Shown here: piece after piece, positions 59,230-64,000 of the stretch | Layout of the letters: every line of letters begins with the position of its first letter | Position numbering within the stretch: position 1 is the first letter of the stretch | NCBI GenBank assembly: GCA_963816155.1 | Contig: CAWFJE010000002.1 | Location: 130,980 to 194,979, forward strand | Length of the DNA stretch: 64,000 nt | Reading direction: 5' to 3' | Source: an uncultured Actinomycetes bacterium | Lineage (GTDB): Bacteria; Actinomycetota; Thermoleophilia; RBG-16-64-13 | Notes under the pieces: model-generated | The model's input: the letters and a program-made list of their open reading frames with translations, nothing else | What the model was told of the DNA's origin: nothing | Database searches by the model: none | Position numbers and translations under genes: made by a program

Positions 59230-60282
59230 TCATGGACCGGACACTCCGTCCAGCACCCCGGCTATCGGGCTCCCGCAGGCCGGGCACCGGCCAGCGCGGA
59301 TCCGGTCGTCGTGCACAGTGAATCCTCTCCTATCCAGGATGACTTCTCCACACGCGGGGCATTCCGTGCACTCCGACGAGTGACCGGGAACGTTGCCGCC
59401 GTACACGTAACGCAGACCTTCCTCGCGGCCGATGCGTAGCGCTCCTTCGATCGAAGATGGGGCGGTGGAGGGCACGTCCTGCAGCTGGTACATAGGGTGA
59501 AAGCGCGACACATGCCAAGGGATGTCGAGCGACACCGATGCCAAGAAGGCCGCCAATGCGTGCAGTTCCTCCTCGGCGTCATTGCGGCCGGGAATAAGCA
59601 GGGTGGTCACCTCCAACCACACGCCCATCTGGTGAAGCCGGCGGATGGAGTCGAGCACCGGCTTGAGATGGGCGCCCGCCATCGTGCGGTAGAAGTCATC
59701 GCTGAAGGCCTTGAGGTCCACGTTGGCCGCATGCAGATCGCCGTCGATGTCGGCCAGCATCTCTTTGGTCATATAGCCATTGGTCACGAACACATTCTTT
59801 AGGCCCGTGGCAGCGCCCAGCCGAGCCACGTCGCGCGCGTATTCATAGAAGATGGTGGGTTCGGTGTAGGTGTAAGAGATGCTACGACAGCCGCTATTCA
59901 GCGCCGCCGCAACCACGTCTTCCGGTGTGCTGAAGCGTCCGCTGATTCGCCCTTGGTCCCGGGGCATCTGACTTATCTCCGCGTTCTGGCAGAAGCGGCA
60001 CGTGAGATTGCAGCCCACCGTCGCGATGGAATAGCTGAGGCTTCCGGGTAGAAAATGGAAGAGCGGCTTCTTCTCGATGGGATCGACCGCGTTGGAGATG
60101 AGGCAGCCGTAGACCAGCGTGTAGAGGACACCGTCCCGGTTCTGTCTCACGCCGCAGAGGCCGAAGTCACCCGGATCGATGCGGCAATGGTGAGCGCAAA
60201 GAAAACAGTGGACCCGCCCGGGCGTCCGCCACTCCTCCCACAGAACCGCCCTCACGGGCTCCACCGAGCCGATACGGCTCAC
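59230..60282 (-). CDS. AmmeMemoRadiSam system radical SAM enzyme
   Basis: CFLCAHHCRI...GCNLTCRFCQN (CX3CX2C); C-terminal Cys-rich motif. Probable GTG start at 60282 (GGGAGG 8 nt upstream). The track ORF extends to 60582 with an Arg/Pro-rich, non-conserved N-extension. Confidence 0.8.
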   Translation of the reverse strand: MSRIGSVEPVRAVLWEEWRTPGRVHCFLCAHHCRIDPGDFGLCGVRQNRDGVLYTLVYGCLISNAVDPIEKKPLFHFLPGSLSYSIATVGCNLTCRFCQNAEISQMPRDQGRISGRFSTPEDVVAAALNSGCRSISYTYTEPTIFYEYARDVARLGAATGLKNVFVTNGYMTKEMLADIDGDLHAANVDLKAFSDDFYRTMAGAHLKPVLDSIRRLHQMGVWLEVTTLLIPGRNDAEEELHALAAFLASVSLDIPWHVSRFHPMYQLQDVPSTAPSSIEGALRIGREEGLRYVYGGNVPGHSSECTECPACGEVILDRRGFTVHDDRIRAGRCPACGSPIAGVLDGVSGP

Positions 60283-60382
60283 GGTATCGACCTCCCGGCC
60301 GGCTGCAGCCCGGCCCTCTTGGCCCCTCGCGTTCGCGTGTAGCCTCTGTTTACCCGGTGGGGGAAGAGGCAAACAGCGTCCA

Positions 60383-61090
60383 TCAGGACCGGGACGGTAG
60401 TCTCCGGCGCAGACGGGTGACGGGCGATAGGCCTTGAAAGCCCCAATTGAGCATGTACTCACGCGAGCGCAGACCGTGCTCCAGTCGCCCCTCGGCAACG
60501 AGGGCGACGAGCGTCTCCGGAGTGGGGAGTTCCGCCACGACCACGTACGCGATACCCACTTCCGGCGCCCTGTGTGCGTCACTGCCGGCGCCGGCAGGCT
60601 TCATCGTCTCGCGCGCGAGTGCCGCTGCTTTGGCCGCCACCCGCGGTCCGAGCGAGCGCCCGTTAACTACCTCGATGATGTCGGCCAGTTGGGCAGCCCG
60701 CAGACGTGCCCGAGCCGAGATCGCCCCCCGGCGCAGACGGTCGAACGGATGAGGGAGGTATACCAGACCGCCTTGTTCTCTGATGCGGGCCACCGATTCT
60801 TCGAGAGAGAGTCCGGTGGGTATATCCTCATGCACGTAGAGACCGATTATCTCCCCCACGTCGGTCGCCAACTCCATACCCGGGATAACCCGGGGCAGTC
60901 TGCTGTCGGCGAGCGCCAAGCGAAGAGCCGCCGCTCCGCCGCTGACCGTGTTATGGTCGGTCACCGCAAGGCAATCGATGCCTCGCGCCTTGGCCGCGGT
61001 GAGCAGGTCGGCGGGCGTCAGCACTCCATCCGAGGAGCACGAGGTGTGATTGTGGAGGTCCAGCTTGAAGCCGGAAGGGGACACGCTCAC
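60383..61090 (-). CDS. PHP domain (polymerase/histidinol-phosphatase) metal-dependent phosphoesterase
   Basis: FKLDLHNHTSCSSDG...AVTDHNT...LPHP...GSDAHR (PHP motifs I-IV). Confidence 0.8.
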   Translation of the reverse strand: MSVSPSGFKLDLHNHTSCSSDGVLTPADLLTAAKARGIDCLAVTDHNTVSGGAAALRLALADSRLPRVIPGMELATDVGEIIGLYVHEDIPTGLSLEESVARIREQGGLVYLPHPFDRLRRGAISARARLRAAQLADIIEVVNGRSLGPRVAAKAAALARETMKPAGAGSDAHRAPEVGIAYVVVAELPTPETLVALVAEGRLEHGLRSREYMLNWGFQGLSPVTRLRRRLPSRS

Positions 61091-61356
61091 ACGTCCGGGA
61101 ACGAACCGCTCACCCGGCGGCGGCGGCGGTCACGTAGCAACCGCTGCTCGGCAATGGCGGGATCATCGACCGGTGAGCCCTCGCGGCGTTCGCTCTCACG
61201 GCGATCGATGATGATTTCCACGCCTTCCACATTCTCGAAGCGCTTCTTGAACTCTTCGTAGTACTTCTCCGCCAGTTCGCGCGGGATCACGTAGTAGATC
61301 AACTCGTCACCACCTCCAAAGCGTCTAGGTACTATCATAGTGTGTGGCCGGTCCAT
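61087..61356 (-). CDS. hypothetical small basic protein (~90 aa); start uncertain (M at 61356 or 61338)
   Basis: MDRPHTMIVPRRFGGGDELIYYVIPRELAEKYYEEFKKRFENVEGVEIIIDRRESERR... Divergent from the Ser/Thr kinase gene; the stop overlaps the PHP gene start. Confidence 0.35.
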   Translation of the reverse strand: MDRPHTMIVPRRFGGGDELIYYVIPRELAEKYYEEFKKRFENVEGVEIIIDRRESERREGSPVDDPAIAEQRLLRDRRRRRVSGSFPDV

Positions 61357-61389
61357 ATCAAAGCGCCAGCGCGATTCGTAGGTAGGTCC

Positions 61390-63126
61390 ATGGCTGATAC
61401 CACCGACCCGAACCAGAACGAACAGAATGAAGAGGCTCCACTCCTCAAGAATCGCTACCGGCTGGGCCGGATTCTTGGGCGAGGCGGCATGTGCATCGTC
61501 TACCAGGCCTGGGACACCCGCTTGGAGCGCAACGTCGCCATCAAGCGCCTGGAGCCGCCGCTCAACGAAGATCCGCGCACCAGGGCGCGCTTCGACCGCG
61601 AAGGCCGGGCTCTTGCCCAACTGTCCCATCCGAACGTGGTCACGCTCATCGACCGCGGCTCCACGGAGAGCGAGGACTACCTTGTCTTCGAATACGTCGA
61701 AGGACGGTCGCTCAAGGAGATGACCCGTAGCGGTCCGCTACCTGTGGCCGAAGCGGGTCACATAGCGGGGCAGGTGGCCGAAGGGTTGGCGGCAGCGCAC
61801 CTAGCCGGCATCGTCCACCGCGACGTCAAGCCTCAGAACATCCTCATCGACCGGCAGGGCCATGCCAAGGTCACCGACTTCGGTATCGCCACGGGGGCGG
61901 ACTGGACAAGGGTGACGCGAGCCGGATCGATCATCGGCAGTGCCCGTTATATGTCGCCCGAACAGGTGCGCAGCAAACCGGTCGACGCCCGCTCCGACAT
62001 CTACTCTCTGGGCGTGGTCATGTACGAGATGCTCGCCGGGCGTCCCCCATTCGACGGCACCAGCATGCCGGAGATAGCACGCCAGCACCTCCACACCCCT
62101 CCTCCTCCCCTGGCCGAACTCCGCCCCGATCTGCCTCCCGGCCTCGAGAAGGTGGTCATGCGCTGCCTGGAGAAGGATCCTGGAGACCGTTTCGCTTCCA
62201 TGAACGAGTTGCTGGGCGCGCTGACGGGCCTCGGACTGTACACCATCCAGAGAGAGCCCCAGGCCACCGCGGGACATCGCCGGCTGCTGAAACGAAGCGG
62301 TGAGGACGCGCGGCGCTCCAGCCACTCGCCGGGGGGCGCCTCCTATGATTCCGGCTCCCGGAACTCAGATGACTGGGGCGACGTGTATTCCGACAGGACC
62401 CACGCCCGCATCAAGGCCCAGAAGAAGCAGACGAGACAGCGCTGGATGGCGGCTATCGCCGTCGGGGTCATCGTCCTTGTGGTCGTCATCCTGGTCTGGA
62501 TGGCCTTCAGCGGCGGCGGAGCCCCGGCCGTGGTGGGGCTCAGCCTCGACGAAGCCCAAGTGTTGGCCGAGGAGGCCGGCATGACTGTGGAGGTAGCGAC
62601 TCAAGTGGCCACCTTCGACGAGGAGGCCGGGACCGTCCTGGAGCAAGACCCTATTCCCGACCAAAGCAGTGACGATGACGTCCTGCGTCTGACTGTGGCC
62701 AGAGAGCCGGAGCCGGTGAGGATCGCCGAGATCAATGACTACGATCCCGAGGGTGACAACGAGGAGAATCCCGACCTCCTACCCAAGCTCACCGACGGCG
62801 AGACCACCTCGGGGTGGACCACCGAGTTCTACCGCTCTGCCACCTTCGGCAGCATCGACAAGACGGGCGTGGGCTTGGAATTCACCCTGGATGGTGAGGC
62901 CTACATGATGGAGATCATCTCCCCGGTGGAGGGCTGGAAGGGCGAGTTGCTGCAGAAGGTGTCCTCTGGCCCAGCGGCTCGTCTCGCCACTCTGGATGGC
63001 AACACATCTCAGATCATCACTCTGCGCGAACCGCTGACGGACGGGCGCCTCTGGTTCACCGAGTTGGCCCAGTTGGGCGAGGACCGGTGGGGTGTGGACA
63101 TCGCCGAACTGCGCTTCTATCGCTAG
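61390..63126 (+). CDS. Ser/Thr protein kinase, single TM, extracellular PASTA domain + C-terminal F5/8 type C (discoidin)-like domain
   Basis: Hanks motifs GRGGMCIVY...AIK, HRDVKPQNIL, DFG, SPEQ. TM AAIAVGVIVLVVVILVWMAF; PASTA (VVGLSLDEAQVLAEEAGMTVEV); C-terminal WTTEFYRSATFGSIDKTGVGLEF...GVDIAELRFYR. Confidence 0.85.
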   Translation: MADTTDPNQNEQNEEAPLLKNRYRLGRILGRGGMCIVYQAWDTRLERNVAIKRLEPPLNEDPRTRARFDREGRALAQLSHPNVVTLIDRGSTESEDYLVFEYVEGRSLKEMTRSGPLPVAEAGHIAGQVAEGLAAAHLAGIVHRDVKPQNILIDRQGHAKVTDFGIATGADWTRVTRAGSIIGSARYMSPEQVRSKPVDARSDIYSLGVVMYEMLAGRPPFDGTSMPEIARQHLHTPPPPLAELRPDLPPGLEKVVMRCLEKDPGDRFASMNELLGALTGLGLYTIQREPQATAGHRRLLKRSGEDARRSSHSPGGASYDSGSRNSDDWGDVYSDRTHARIKAQKKQTRQRWMAAIAVGVIVLVVVILVWMAFSGGGAPAVVGLSLDEAQVLAEEAGMTVEVATQVATFDEEAGTVLEQDPIPDQSSDDDVLRLTVAREPEPVRIAEINDYDPEGDNEENPDLLPKLTDGETTSGWTTEFYRSATFGSIDKTGVGLEFTLDGEAYMMEIISPVEGWKGELLQKVSSGPAARLATLDGNTSQIITLREPLTDGRLWFTELAQLGEDRWGVDIAELRFYR

Positions 63127-63160
63127 CGGGCTGCTGAAAAGCGAAGCCCTGGCCTCCCGA

Positions 63161-63997
63161 CTAGGCCACCAGGGCAAAACGGGCAATGCCGGCCCACCAT
63201 AGCGTCAGCACCACTGCAGCCGTCACCAAGACGACCGCGGCGAGCATGAGCCAGTCAGCGGGCCTCACCACTATGCGCTCGCGATAACTGCGCTCAGGAA
63301 AAGCCCCAAAAGCCCGCGCGTCCATGGCCACAGCCACGCGACCGGCCTTGCGAACAGCCCCCGCCAGCAGGGGGATGGCCGAGCGACGAAGTCGCGACCA
63401 TCCGTGCATCCAACCTCGTTGTTCCCGCACGCCGCGGACCCTCTGAGCGGCCTGGATGGTGCGATAGTCGCGCTGGAACAGCGGCAGCATCCGGTACCCC
63501 ACCATGGTCCCGTAGGCGACGCGATAGTTGAGGTGGAGTTGATGGATGAGACTCAGGATCAGACGCTGCGGCGCGGTGGTCTTGATGAACACCAGCGAGA
63601 GAAGCGCAAAGCACAGCAGCCGGAGCCACAGGGTGGCCGCGGACCAGAGCGCGGGCCCGGTCACCTTGATCGGCCCCAGGTAGAAAAGCGCCTCCGCGGT
63701 ATCGTTGTCCCTGCTAAAGAAGATGTTCGCCAGCAGGATGGCCACCCCGGCCACCAGGAAGACGGAGAGAGGCCTGAGTTGGCTGCCTAGGGACAGGCGA
63801 CCGCACAGCCGGCCGCACAAGAGGATGAGCACGAAGATGACGGCAGGCGTCACCGGGTCGAAGACGAAGGTGAGGGTGAGCGCCACGAGGACCACGGCAA
63901 GCAGTTTGATGACCGGGTTACGACGCTCGAGCAGGCTTTCACCCACCATCACCGCTCCGCCCTCCGGGAATCGCTCTCGGTAGGTTGCTCCCGCCAT
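63161..63997 (-). CDS. ecfT: energy-coupling factor transporter transmembrane protein EcfT (CbiQ family)
   Basis: CbiQ/EcfT pattern (...AQRVRG..., polytopic). Confidence 0.7.
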   Translation of the reverse strand: MAGATYRERFPEGGAVMVGESLLERRNPVIKLLAVVLVALTLTFVFDPVTPAVIFVLILLCGRLCGRLSLGSQLRPLSVFLVAGVAILLANIFFSRDNDTAEALFYLGPIKVTGPALWSAATLWLRLLCFALLSLVFIKTTAPQRLILSLIHQLHLNYRVAYGTMVGYRMLPLFQRDYRTIQAAQRVRGVREQRGWMHGWSRLRRSAIPLLAGAVRKAGRVAVAMDARAFGAFPERSYRERIVVRPADWLMLAAVVLVTAAVVLTLWWAGIARFALVA

Positions 63998-64000
63998 CCG

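Noticed and set aside
60283-60582. N-terminal 100 codons of the radical SAM track ORF
   Set aside because: Arg/Pro/Ser-rich, not conserved. GTG 60282 with GGGAGG RBS gives a protein of the expected ~350 aa.

Overview
The window is a 64 kb high-GC (~65-67%) chromosomal segment, most likely from an anaerobic actinobacterium. Taxonomic hints: actinobacterial gene order rpsF-ssb-rpsR-(DUF2232)-rplI-dnaB, a UPF0182 protein and lgt; anaerobic hints: many ferredoxins, Mo-bisPGD enzymes, radical SAM enzymes and a selenocysteine codon. Gene content from start to end is as follows. (1) A putative polyphenol/C-glycoside catabolic island at 1-11.1 kb: glucokinase, a DUF6379-like + xylose-isomerase-like TIM-barrel fusion, a cupin, a two-subunit molybdopterin oxidoreductase of the pyrogallol-hydroxytransferase type, an ABC-2 exporter and a DUF362 Fe-S protein. 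(2) A decayed toxin-antitoxin/IS island at 11.2-12.7 kb. (3) A TetR-controlled ferredoxin / FAD-flavoprotein / CocE-NonD hydrolase operon at 12.9-17.9 kb. (4) A lower-GC decayed segment at 17.95-19.3 kb with a truncated class-III aminotransferase and a tRNA 3'-end-like fragment. (5) A GH65 phosphorylase fused to beta-phosphoglucomutase. (6) tRNA-Lys(UUU) with its terminator. (7) A purine-biosynthesis cluster, purH-purN-purM ... purF-purB-purE-purD-purA, interrupted by an oppositely oriented btuFCD corrinoid ABC importer controlled by a cobalamin riboswitch. (8) dnaB carrying a 421-aa LAGLIDADG intein. (9) The rpsF-ssb-rpsR-rplI ribosomal block. (10) A thioredoxin-fold lipoprotein (TlpA-like) whose first active-site Cys is encoded by an in-frame TGA, followed by SECIS-like hairpins; this is a candidate selenoprotein. 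(11) lgt, trxA, an MBL-fold hydrolase, DUF3343, UPF0182, hsp20-lon, the AmmeMemoRadiSam three-gene system, a PASTA Ser/Thr kinase with a discoidin-like domain, and ecfT. The ORF track omits ORFs that lack an in-window stop (for example the glucokinase running off the left edge). Many listed ORFs are antisense or out-of-frame artefacts of high GC.
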